From Candidatus Amesbacteria bacterium RIFCSPLOWO2_01_FULL_48_25 (lineage in GTDB: Bacteria; Patescibacteriota; Microgenomatia; CAZETR01; Amesbacteraceae), in contig MEXN01000005.1 of assembly GCA_001773695.1 (NCBI GenBank), positions 3,687 to 67,686 of the forward strand: DNA of 64,000 nucleotides, written 5' to 3'. The notes beneath the pieces were generated by a model. That model saw only the letters and a list, made by a program, of their open reading frames with translations. It did not search any database and was not told the origin of the DNA. Of this stretch, positions 37,832-45,690 are shown piece by piece (within the stretch, counting starts at the first letter, position 1; each line of letters opens with the position of its first letter). A program made the translations under genes and the position numbers.

Positions 37832-38230
37832 GTGAAGGTTAGACTTTTGTTGTTTGTTTTGACTGTAGTTGGTCTAATTGCGCTGGGTTACTATTTGTTC
37901 CAAAGATCGAAGCCAGAACCGGTTGAGGAGGTGCTGAATAGGGTGCAGACGGTAAATGTCCGGGCGGATGGGGGGAAATTTGTGCCGGATAGTTTTAAGG
38001 TGGAGCTATTTGATATGGTGAAGCTGAATATTTCGGCTGTAGACCGGGATTACGTTTTTAAAGTTAGGGATTACCCCAGAATGGATGTGAGCGTTCCTGC
38101 TGGGAAAACTATTGTTGCCACCATAGAATTTTTGGGGGTGGGAGATTATGTCTTTGAATGCGGGCAGGGGTGTACCGGAACGATTACCGTGGTCCAGGAG
38201 AGGGATACAGAAGGAGAAGAGCCGAATTAA
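37832..38230 (+). CDS. small N-terminally anchored cupredoxin-like protein (tentative)
   Basis: TM 'LLLFVLTVVGLIALGYYLF'; C-terminal beta-rich 'GDYVFECGQGCTGTITVV' reminiscent of a cupredoxin/plastocyanin-like ligand loop; weak. Confidence 0.35.
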   Translation: MKVRLLLFVLTVVGLIALGYYLFQRSKPEPVEEVLNRVQTVNVRADGGKFVPDSFKVELFDMVKLNISAVDRDYVFKVRDYPRMDVSVPAGKTIVATIEFLGVGDYVFECGQGCTGTITVVQERDTEGEEPN

Positions 38231-39524
38231 TGTAAGGGAGGAGATTCGGCGGAGCTGTCGCTTTAGCTTTTTGATATAGGTTTCTAGACTCTGCCGGTTT
38301 GCCGAGCGTGAACTTTATTCCGGCTAGATTGATCATGTCCGGGTAGCCAAGATAAAAATAGAGTTTATGGGGGTGGGTTTTAGTGGCTTGCTCTAATTCT
38401 GACTCGGCTTGGATATAATCCCCCTTGAATAGGTAATAGTTGCCCAAGTAAGAGTGGGCTTCGGAAAAATCCGGATCGGTGGCAACTTCCGGGGTGAAGA
38501 GGGTGGCGTCGTTTTGGTATTGGAAGCCGGCGAAGAAAGTCGAGACAGAGGCGATGGCAATCCAGAGGTAAAGAAGCGGACTACCGAGCCGGCGGGTTAT
38601 CAAGACCAGACCCAGGGCGAAGGGAATGAGGGGCAGATAAGCATAGTGGGGCGAACCCACCCTGGGAACCGGAATGATGTTCAGGCCAGGGGCGAGCATG
38701 ATGGCAAACAGGACTAGGAATTTTTTGTTTTTGATTTTTAGGAATGCGATGATGAGGAGAAAGAGCGAAAATAGGGATTTGGGGTCGGTGATTTTTAAGA
38801 TGGGCACCACGTCGCTCAACGTCGGTTTGAGGGGGGCGACGAGCATAAATAGCCAACGGTTGAGAAGATCAAGGCGAGTGCCGATATTTTCGGATAGGGA
38901 AAGGCTGACGGCCGGTGTGCCCCAGACTTGGGGAACGGCGGAGTATCGCAGGGTGCTGTAAACTAAAATGAGAGAAGCAAGCAACAAGAGCGGCGAGCGA
39001 TGAAACTTTTTGGTGAGCAAAATTAATGCAGGAACTATAATGAGGGCGGTTTCTTTGGAAAACAGGGCCAGGGCGAAAGCGGCGGAGGTGGGTAAGGCAC
39101 GATTAAGATTGTAAAAATATAAGGTGAGCATGATACCGATGAGAACCAGTGATTCCTGGCGTTGGAAGATCAGACCGACGACGGGGGAGGCGACAGGATG
39201 GACGCCGATGACAAGAGTCGTAAGAAGTTTCTCTTTGGCAGTGAGGTGGAAAAATACCGATAGAAAAAGGGGGGTTAAGGCGGCCACCAGAAGATGCAAA
39301 AAAATCGAGGTGAGATGAAATCCGGGCAACCACTGGCCATAGATAGCCGAGTCGAGACTGTATGAGATGGTAACCGCGGGGCGATAAAAGCTGGTGTGAC
39401 CAAAAGGGGAGGTGAAGGCCTTGTAAATTTGAGACAGGGGTAGGACGGCGGCGCGCCTTTGGATGTCATTGTGCTCGAGCCAAAGAAAATCTCGGTTTAA
39501 GAAGCTTAAGTGGATCAAGAACAA
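38184..39524 (-). CDS. polytopic membrane protein (O-antigen-ligase / PMT glycosyltransferase-39-like) with C-terminal TPR
   Basis: ~10 TM helices followed by 'AHSYLGNYYLFKGDYIQAESELEQATKTHP' TPR-like repeats; true start likely downstream of 39524 overlap-free Met. Confidence 0.5.
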   Translation of the reverse strand: MFLIHLSFLNRDFLWLEHNDIQRRAAVLPLSQIYKAFTSPFGHTSFYRPAVTISYSLDSAIYGQWLPGFHLTSIFLHLLVAALTPLFLSVFFHLTAKEKLLTTLVIGVHPVASPVVGLIFQRQESLVLIGIMLTLYFYNLNRALPTSAAFALALFSKETALIIVPALILLTKKFHRSPLLLLASLILVYSTLRYSAVPQVWGTPAVSLSLSENIGTRLDLLNRWLFMLVAPLKPTLSDVVPILKITDPKSLFSLFLLIIAFLKIKNKKFLVLFAIMLAPGLNIIPVPRVGSPHYAYLPLIPFALGLVLITRRLGSPLLYLWIAIASVSTFFAGFQYQNDATLFTPEVATDPDFSEAHSYLGNYYLFKGDYIQAESELEQATKTHPHKLYFYLGYPDMINLAGIKFTLGKPAESRNLYQKAKATAPPNLLPYINSALLLLYPSPGPR

Positions 39525-39563
39525 AAAAATGAGGACGGTTTTGGGGTTTATGGATAGAGATTA

Positions 39564-39923
39564 CTACTTTTTGGGTGGGGATTTGCGGATTTCTTCGAGA
39601 TGTTTGGCCAGATCTTCACAGTAGACGGTCCAGGAGTGGTGGTTGGGACTGGAGAGGTACCCTAGGTTGTGGCAGAGATCGATCATAGCGGCGATTTTGG
39701 CTACGGTTTTGATGCTCCTGTCCAGGCTGTGAAACGAATCGTCTGGGCCTTTGGAGGAGTAATGTTCGGCAATATCTTGGAGGACGGAAGTTCCCATGGC
39801 GCGGAGTTGTTTTATGACGCCATTTTTCTCATAGTCGGGTAATTTTCCGGTGAGGTTGAAAATGTCCTTGGTGAAAATGAGGGTCTTTTCGTAGGCGATT
39901 TTGTTTTGAAAGCGGAAATACAT
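39564..39923 (-). CDS. four-helix-bundle protein (23S rRNA intervening-sequence-protein-like family)
   Basis: size (119 aa) and all-alpha pattern 'AYEKTLIFTKDIFNLTGKLPDYEKNGVIKQLRAMGTSVLQDIAE' similar to TIGR02436-type proteins. Confidence 0.5.
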   Translation of the reverse strand: MYFRFQNKIAYEKTLIFTKDIFNLTGKLPDYEKNGVIKQLRAMGTSVLQDIAEHYSSKGPDDSFHSLDRSIKTVAKIAAMIDLCHNLGYLSSPNHHSWTVYCEDLAKHLEEIRKSPPKK

Positions 39924-39939
39924 GGTTTTAGTTTAACAC

Positions 39940-41265
39940 TCATGTGGGTTTGTTTAAAAGTATAGCCAATCCTAAACCTGTCACAATAACAGCAGATAGG
40001 ATCGAGATATACTTTTCTGTGTTTGCAAAATGGGGTATTTTTTGCAAAGTCATTTTTTTGGAAACAACCACCAAGACACCTCCAATAACCAAAGCGCTGG
40101 CAAGGCCAAGACTAAAAATCACCAAAAGAATAATCCCGAACAATATCTTTCGCACCGAGACGGCAACTACCAAAATAGCCAGAGCATCAACACAAGGAAC
40201 AATCCCTCCAGAGATACCCAAGGGCATCAGGTTTTTCCAATCAATCTTACTCACATTATCTTCGTGCAAATGTGGATGTAGATGCTCATGCTGGGGTTTA
40301 AACAAATCAACTATCCTAGTAACCAGAAGGTATAGTCCAAACCCGGTAACCAGAATCCCCGATACGACATTCAACCACTTAATAATGGTGACCGGCACAA
40401 TATATTGAGTAAGAAGCAGAGCCAGAAGACCCAAAATAAAAACGCTGGCGGTGTGGGTAATAGTGATTATCAGACCTAGTTGAACGGCATGAGTAATCGT
40501 TCCTTTCTCACCGACTAGATAACCGGCAACGATAGCTTTGCCGTGTCCTGGGGTTAACGCATGAAGCATGCCTATTACAAAAGCAGCAAAGAGGGCAAGC
40601 CCGGCTAGTTTCGTTGGTACTTTGTCAACTTTTACGTAAGTGTTTAAAAAAATGTTTATTCTGGATCCAGCACTTATACCCAGAACCGAAGGGCTATTTT
40701 TCTGGCCCTCACTAACTTTAATTTTGACCGAGTCGGATTCTACTTTTTCCAAAACATCCGCCTTTAGACCTTCTGTACCTTTGGCTGACAGTTCAAACTC
40801 CCCTAATTTTTTGTCCTTTCCTTGGTAGTGGTAACTCCAAATTTGTCCTGGCAAAAATTTCCCGCTAGTTTCAAACTCGATACTAACGTTAGCTGGCCGG
40901 GGTAAATAAAAGGCGTAGTAGCCTGGAAACGATAACTTATGGGCTGAAAAGTCATATCTGGTTCCATCTAATTCCAACCATGACGAGTCTTGGCCCTTTA
41001 TCATCCAGGAGTCTTTTTCTTTCTGGGAAATTTCCCGATCTTTATTTATGTCGATACTTTCCCAAATTTTATTTTTGTCCAAGGGGTATAATATCAATTG
41101 GATAGTCAGCTTTGCCTGACGAGGGGATATCTCCAATATTTGTCTCTGGTCGTAAGTTATGGTATTTCCAAACTCGTCGACGGGGTGAGCTTGGGCGGTG
41201 CCTGGGTTGGACAAAACTAAAAGAGTGAGGAGGGTGAGTGCAAAGGGTTTCATGAAAGTCTGCAA
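39940..41265 (-). CDS. fusion of a periplasmic beta-sandwich domain and a 6-7 TM transporter-like domain with 'LHALTPGHGKA' motif (putative Ni/Co-type metal transporter)
   Basis: signal peptide, soluble N-domain, then TM region with HxxxPGHGK and second His-rich loop 'HEHLHPHLHED'; family assignment tentative. Confidence 0.45.
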   Translation of the reverse strand: MQTFMKPFALTLLTLLVLSNPGTAQAHPVDEFGNTITYDQRQILEISPRQAKLTIQLILYPLDKNKIWESIDINKDREISQKEKDSWMIKGQDSSWLELDGTRYDFSAHKLSFPGYYAFYLPRPANVSIEFETSGKFLPGQIWSYHYQGKDKKLGEFELSAKGTEGLKADVLEKVESDSVKIKVSEGQKNSPSVLGISAGSRINIFLNTYVKVDKVPTKLAGLALFAAFVIGMLHALTPGHGKAIVAGYLVGEKGTITHAVQLGLIITITHTASVFILGLLALLLTQYIVPVTIIKWLNVVSGILVTGFGLYLLVTRIVDLFKPQHEHLHPHLHEDNVSKIDWKNLMPLGISGGIVPCVDALAILVVAVSVRKILFGIILLVIFSLGLASALVIGGVLVVVSKKMTLQKIPHFANTEKYISILSAVIVTGLGLAILLNKPT

Positions 41266-41299
41266 GATTTGTGCTTGCCCCGAGCGAAGTCGAAGGGTG

Positions 41300-41384
41300 C
41301 CGGGAGCAGGATTCGAACCTACGTAGCCATAAAGGCGCGGCTTTTACAGAGCCGTGTATTTGACCGCTCTACCATCCCGGCTTT
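41300..41384 (-). tRNA. tRNA-Tyr (anticodon GUA) with long variable arm
   Basis: minus-strand read: GCCGGGA-TG-GTAGAGCGGTCAAATAC-ACGG?-CGGCT-CTGTAAA-AGCCG-[long variable arm CGCCTTTATGGCTACGT]-AGGTTCGAATCCT-...TCCCGGC-A; coordinates +/- 3 nt. Confidence 0.65.
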
Positions 41385-41418
41385 GGAGTTAATTTTACAG
41401 CAAAAGTGCTATTATTGA

Positions 41419-41751
41419 TTGGTGAAGATTAACTTAAGGCTTTTGTATTTGTATCTGTTTTCGTTTGTGGGTTTGCTGATTGTGGTCATCGGGTCGATAA
41501 GACTGGTGGATTTGGGACTCAAGGTGTTTGTGTTTAAGGACGCGGACAAATTTGAATATGTGGCGCCGGCAAGAGTCGAGGGAGAAAAAATGCAGGTGGA
41601 TGTAGTGGAAGAGAAGAAGCGGTCAGAAAGAGAATTTGTGCGGCAGAGGCAGAGGGAGTTTACGGGGTCGATATCTATGATCGCGGTTGGGTTGCCTCTT
41701 TATTTGTACCACTGGAAGACGATTCAGAAGGAGCACGAGAAGGAGTCTTGA
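41419..41751 (+). CDS. hypothetical small membrane protein
   Basis: N-terminal TM 'LLYLYLFSFVGLLIVVIGSI'; ORF between two tRNAs. Confidence 0.35.
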   Translation: MVKINLRLLYLYLFSFVGLLIVVIGSIRLVDLGLKVFVFKDADKFEYVAPARVEGEKMQVDVVEEKKRSEREFVRQRQREFTGSISMIAVGLPLYLYHWKTIQKEHEKES

Positions 41752-41762
41752 ATTTTTTGAGA

Positions 41763-41833
41763 GCCGCCCCCCAGATTTGAACTGGGAACCTTCGCTTTAC
41801 AAAAGCGTTGCTCAACCGTTGAGCTAGGGCGGC
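41763..41833 (-). tRNA. tRNA-Thr (anticodon UGU)
   Basis: minus-strand read: GCCGCCC-TA-GCTC-AACGGTT-GAGC-A-ACGCT-TTTGTAA-AGCGA-AGGTT-CCCAG-TTCAAAT-CTGGG-GGGCGGC; one non-WC pair at top of anticodon stem. Confidence 0.6.
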
Positions 41834-42046
41834 GGGAATTAATTTTACCAATAAAATGTCCCGCCAGTCAGGCAATTGAGGTTTTTCCCCAAGTCCTTTT
41901 TTAGGTGGGCGAGCTCCCCTTCTGACTTTCGCTTTGAAGGGATGTCCAGTCTGGTACAGGACCAAGCTGGAATTATGCAGGCCCTACTTGGAAAAAACAG
42001 TCGAGAAAAAATGACTCAATCGGTCCTTCTTGGCAGGACAAGTTAA

Positions 42047-42631
42047 TTATAACAAGATATGCAACAGGAAATTTGAGATGGGGAAGAGGATGGAGCCTAT
42101 GATGCCGGTGGCAATGAGAAGAATCAGGATAAAATAGCTGGTTTGGGGGTTAGTTAGAAGCGGTGAGCGGATGGCAAATATTTTTGAGCCGTCCAAGGGC
42201 GGTAAGGGGATAAGATTGAAGAGAGCGAGATTGATATTTAAAGAGACTAGAGAATAGAGAATAGTGTTTAGGGAAGGGGGGAGAGAAGGGAAACGGAAAA
42301 GCTGGGCGAGGAGAATGGCTACGATTATGTTACTGACCGGGCCGGCGAGGGCGATTTTGGCTGTGTCTTTCCGGGGGTCCTTGAGATTGTAGGGGTCAAA
42401 TGGTGAGGGTTTGCCCCAGCCGAAGGCGCCGGTTATGAGAATGACCACGGTGCCTAGGGGGTCGAGATGGGCTAGGGGGTTTAGAGTTAGCCGACCCAGG
42501 GCGCGGGGAGTGGGGTCTCCTAGGTAATCGGCCATGTAGCAATGGGCGGCTTCATGAATGCCGATAGCGATAATTAATCCGCCAAAGAATAAGATGAACG
42601 CGTAGGGGTTGGAAAAAAGGAGGGGGAGCAT
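42047..42631 (-). CDS. compact site-2 protease-like zinc metalloprotease (peptidase M50 family)
   Basis: 'GIHEAAHCYMADYLGD' HExxH in first TM, multi-TM, 'LDGSK' second metal-ligand region. Confidence 0.75.
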   Translation of the reverse strand: MLPLLFSNPYAFILFFGGLIIAIGIHEAAHCYMADYLGDPTPRALGRLTLNPLAHLDPLGTVVILITGAFGWGKPSPFDPYNLKDPRKDTAKIALAGPVSNIIVAILLAQLFRFPSLPPSLNTILYSLVSLNINLALFNLIPLPPLDGSKIFAIRSPLLTNPQTSYFILILLIATGIIGSILFPISNFLLHILL

Positions 42632-42649
42632 GTTAAAATCAATTCTATC

Positions 42650-42868
42650 ATGTCATACGTTTGTGATAATTGTGGTCGAGGAGTGCAGTACGGCGAGTCG
42701 GGTCGGCACGGCCGGGGGGTAGCTGGAGGCAGGTGGAAGAAGAGGGCGCAGCGGACGAGAAAAGTATTTAAGCCTAACCTGCATAAATATATGGGTTCAA
42801 AATATTGCACGAAGTGTTTGAGGAAGATAAAGGGTCAAAGGATTACGGTTGTGGCGGCGGCGGCTTAG
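42650..42868 (+). CDS. rpmB: 50S ribosomal protein L28
   Basis: 'CDNCGRGVQYGESGRHGR...KRAQRTRKVFKPNLHKY' matches L28 N-terminal consensus (C..CG..p..G...sH....kr.f.pNl). Confidence 0.7.
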   Translation: MSYVCDNCGRGVQYGESGRHGRGVAGGRWKKRAQRTRKVFKPNLHKYMGSKYCTKCLRKIKGQRITVVAAAA

Positions 42869-43120
42869 GGAAGGTGCGATCTACGACAAGATTTGAGGCG
42901 ACGAATTCTGTGACTGTGCCGAGGGCTGAGTAGAAGAACGCGGCCTGAAGTGGTTCCTGATTTATAATTCCCAGTAAAGCAATGGTGGTGACCCTGATGG
43001 TTTCCAGGGCGAAGTAAGACGCGATTTCGATTTTAGAGAAAATCTGTTTTTTGGCGGTCCGATTTATCTGGACCATGCGGATGGGTATGATGTAAGGGAT
43101 TAGTACTGACTCGAACCTGA

Positions 43121-43963
43121 TTAGGAATCTCTCCATGGTTGGGGTTCTTTCCCTGCGTATTGTACCAAAACCGGACTTAAGGATACAAGTTTGACTCGTT
43201 TGCCGGAAGGATCGATACTCCAAATTCCTGGCCAACCGACGAATGCACGATGCATTCGCGCAATGTCCAATTCACAAATCCCAAGATCCAAATAATTTTT
43301 TAATTTTTCAAATTCTATAAAACCGCTTTGGCGGGTGATTTTTTGAGTGAATGAGGCTTCGGCTTCGTTTTGGGGTTTATACCTCACCCCTTCGGTTCCC
43401 CTCTCCTGATTCAGGAGAGGGGGAAGGGGAGAGGTTAGAAAAAGTTTTGCGCCTTTTTCAAAAAGCCTATTTCCCAGGGTAATCCAGGTGTCGTTGGGGA
43501 GGATGACGTCTTTTTGCTGGGCGACAATAGGGCCGTGGTCCATGAGCGCGTCCAGCTGGATGATGGTAACGCCGGTTTGGGTCACGCCGTCTAATATCTG
43601 CTGTTGCAGGGGACTTGGACCACGGTATTTAGGTAGAAGGGACGGATGAATGTTGTAAATATGGTCATTAAATTTGTCCAGAATTGATTGGGGGATAATT
43701 TTGCCGTAGGCGGCGACGAGACCTATAACGCCCCCCTTCCCCCCTCTTAAATTAAGAGGGGGGATTGAGGAGGGTGATATATAAACTGGGATATGGTGTT
43801 TCAGGGCGAGGAGTTTGACGGGGTTGTGAGTGAGTTTGAGTCCGCGACCGGCGGGTTTATCCGGTGTTGTTACTGTAGCTGCAACCTGAAACCCGGAACC
43901 TAGAACCTTTTCTAACACTATTACTGAGAATGGCGAGGAGCCAAAGAAGACAAGACTTGACAT
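43121..43963 (-). CDS. fmt: methionyl-tRNA formyltransferase carrying two in-frame palindromic insertions
   Basis: 'MSSLVFFGSSPFSVIVLEKVL', 'IYNIHPSLLPKYRGPSPLQQQILDG', 'MHRAFVGWPGIW'; start at internal Met of the longer track ORF. Confidence 0.8.
   Translation of the reverse strand: MSSLVFFGSSPFSVIVLEKVLGSGFQVAATVTTPDKPAGRGLKLTHNPVKLLALKHHIPVYISPSSIPPLNLRGGKGGVIGLVAAYGKIIPQSILDKFNDHIYNIHPSLLPKYRGPSPLQQQILDGVTQTGVTIIQLDALMDHGPIVAQQKDVILPNDTWITLGNRLFEKGAKLFLTSPLPPLLNQERGTEGVRYKPQNEAEASFTQKITRQSGFIEFEKLKNYLDLGICELDIARMHRAFVGWPGIWSIDPSGKRVKLVSLSPVLVQYAGKEPQPWRDS
43388..43435. repeat. GC-rich palindromic element inside fmt (CCCCTCTCCTGA|TTCAGGAGAGGGG), in frame
   Basis: perfect 25-bp palindrome seen directly; fmt ORF continuous through it. 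Confidence 0.8.
43733..43775. repeat. GC-rich palindromic element inside fmt (CCCCCCTCTTAA-A-TTAAGAGGGGGG), in frame
   Basis: seen directly; encodes 'IPPLNLRGGKGG' between conserved Fmt segments. Confidence 0.8.
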
Positions 43964-43985
43964 GAGGAGATTATAATAGATATAT

Positions 43986-44357
43986 ATGGCACCGGTATGG
44001 ATTGAAGTGATGAGAGAGAGAGTGGATAGGGTGGGTAGTTTGTACCGCAGGGTGAGGGGTACCAAACCCGCACCGGCGATTTCTGTAGATCAGAGAGAGG
44101 CTGTGATTTTGGGAGAAGTTACGGGGTACGAAAGAACTGTAGCTACGCCGCGAGGACCGAAACTGGTGACCGGCAGGGCGACAGTTGTAGAAGCAGACGG
44201 TGATGAGATGTGTTTGCCGGGGGGAACTGAAGTGGGTGACCGAATGTCGATTCGGGGATTTAGTGGATTGGCACCGGGGTTGGTGGAGCAGGTTGGGAAT
44301 GCCGTAGAGTTGGATAGGGCAAAGAAGAAGGCTAGGCTGAAGGAGCGTAGGAGTTAA
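43986..44357 (+). CDS. hypothetical protein (123 aa)
   Basis: ORF only. Confidence 0.35.
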   Translation: MAPVWIEVMRERVDRVGSLYRRVRGTKPAPAISVDQREAVILGEVTGYERTVATPRGPKLVTGRATVVEADGDEMCLPGGTEVGDRMSIRGFSGLAPGLVEQVGNAVELDRAKKKARLKERRS

Positions 44358-45057
44358 TCAAGTCGTCCTTGAATTTTAATACTGAATCCGGTGGACCTTC
44401 GATTTCGTTTATGAATTCAAGCGCTGCTTCTTGCCCAGGTGTGAGTTCGGGTTCGTCCGGAACTTTAATTTCTGGTGGTGAGGCCCTTTCTGCGGCTCTG
44501 CGCCTCAATCCGGCCTCTCTTTGGACAACGATTGGAATGTGGAAAGGGCCAAGGGGGTTGGGGAGACGTTGGGGGTTTCGAGTGACTTGGATGGGGCGAC
44601 GGCGGAGGATCCGGTTTCCTACGTAGGCTATTACGGCGATGGCTATTATCGCTCCACCGACCAAAGTGGCATTGGGGCCTTGGATCTCTGGGTTTTTGGA
44701 AACAGTGACAGGCATTTCGGTGGGATGGGAGGGCTGGACTATGGATGTGGAGTAGAGACAAGATTCGGGGCTATTGGGGTCAACAAACTCTATTTGGCCG
44801 GTGGAGGTGATTTGACAGTTGCCGGATACAGTGGCGTTGGCAATCATCAGGGCGAGGGCGGTGTCTGGATTACTTATCGGGCTCACTTGCTGGTGTAATA
44901 TTTGCTCTGCGACTTGGAAATTGTTCAGATCCGGTTCGCCTGGGGGAGGTTGGACCAATTGGACAGCGTATCCGTCTCTGGTGGCGTAAGGAACGAACCA
45001 ATTACTAAAGGCCGGGGCATAGTTGACAGGCGCTTCTGGTGTAGGAATACTTCCCAT
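44332..45057 (-). CDS. hypothetical Pro-rich protein with one TM segment
   Basis: 'GGAIIAIAVIAYVGNRIL' TM; ORF only. Confidence 0.4.
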   Translation of the reverse strand: MGSIPTPEAPVNYAPAFSNWFVPYATRDGYAVQLVQPPPGEPDLNNFQVAEQILHQQVSPISNPDTALALMIANATVSGNCQITSTGQIEFVDPNSPESCLYSTSIVQPSHPTEMPVTVSKNPEIQGPNATLVGGAIIAIAVIAYVGNRILRRRPIQVTRNPQRLPNPLGPFHIPIVVQREAGLRRRAAERASPPEIKVPDEPELTPGQEAALEFINEIEGPPDSVLKFKDDLINSYAPSA

Positions 45058-45081
45058 AACTTATAGTATAGCGCGGGTTGT

Positions 45082-45690
45082 CTAGATTGTCACCTCGTGC
45101 CAGGTGTCGCCTTCGGCTTTGTATAATTTGGCGTTTTGTTCTAGGACCCGGTCTATAAATAGTATGCCGTTGAGGTGGTCCATTTCATGCTGAATGATAT
45201 GGGCAGGAAAGCCCGAAAAGACTGAGGTCTTTTCAATAATATCACCCTCGCCTTCGGCACCCCCTCTTAAATTCTCGCTTTCGGCTCGTGCCTTCGTCGT
45301 AAGAGGGGGATGGGGGGTGATACTGTGGAGAGTTTGATATTTGACGGTTACAGACATGGCGCGGGTGATGGGGGAATAGTGGCCGGGAAGGGAGAGGCAA
45401 CCCTCGTAGGTGCCGGATTTGCCATGGGGCAATTGGCGACGCTGGGAATATTTTATAATTTCGGGGTTGATGAAGACCTGGGGTATATCGTCTGGCTTGG
45501 GACGAGTGATAAAAATGCGCAAAGAGATTCCAATCTGGGGAGCGGCCAGCCCGACGCCAACTGGGTTTTTGGCGGTAATTAGTACTTTTTTCATATAATT
45601 GATGATATTTAGTACTCTAGAATCTAAGGAGGCGACGGACCTGGCGGTTTGGCGGAGTACGGGGTCGGGGACTTGGACGATTGTCGTCAT
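45082..45690 (-). CDS. def: peptide deformylase carrying an in-frame palindromic insertion
   Basis: 'GVGLAAPQIG', 'EGCLSLPG', 'QHEMDHLNG' three PDF motifs; ~27-aa insertion before motif III. Confidence 0.85.
   Translation of the reverse strand: MTTIVQVPDPVLRQTARSVASLDSRVLNIINYMKKVLITAKNPVGVGLAAPQIGISLRIFITRPKPDDIPQVFINPEIIKYSQRRQLPHGKSGTYEGCLSLPGHYSPITRAMSVTVKYQTLHSITPHPPLTTKARAESENLRGGAEGEGDIIEKTSVFSGFPAHIIQHEMDHLNGILFIDRVLEQNAKLYKAEGDTWHEVTI
45258..45318. repeat. long variant of the GC-rich palindromic element inside def (outer arms CCCCTCTTAA...TAAGAGGGGG with inner hairpin)
   Basis: seen directly; in frame. Confidence 0.75.

Noticed and set aside
42843-43235. ORF 42843..43235(-) between rpmB and fmt
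   Set aside because: Overlaps the 3' end of fmt and the 3' end of rpmB on the opposite strand. Hydrophobic but without motifs. Could be a real small membrane gene, but support is insufficient.
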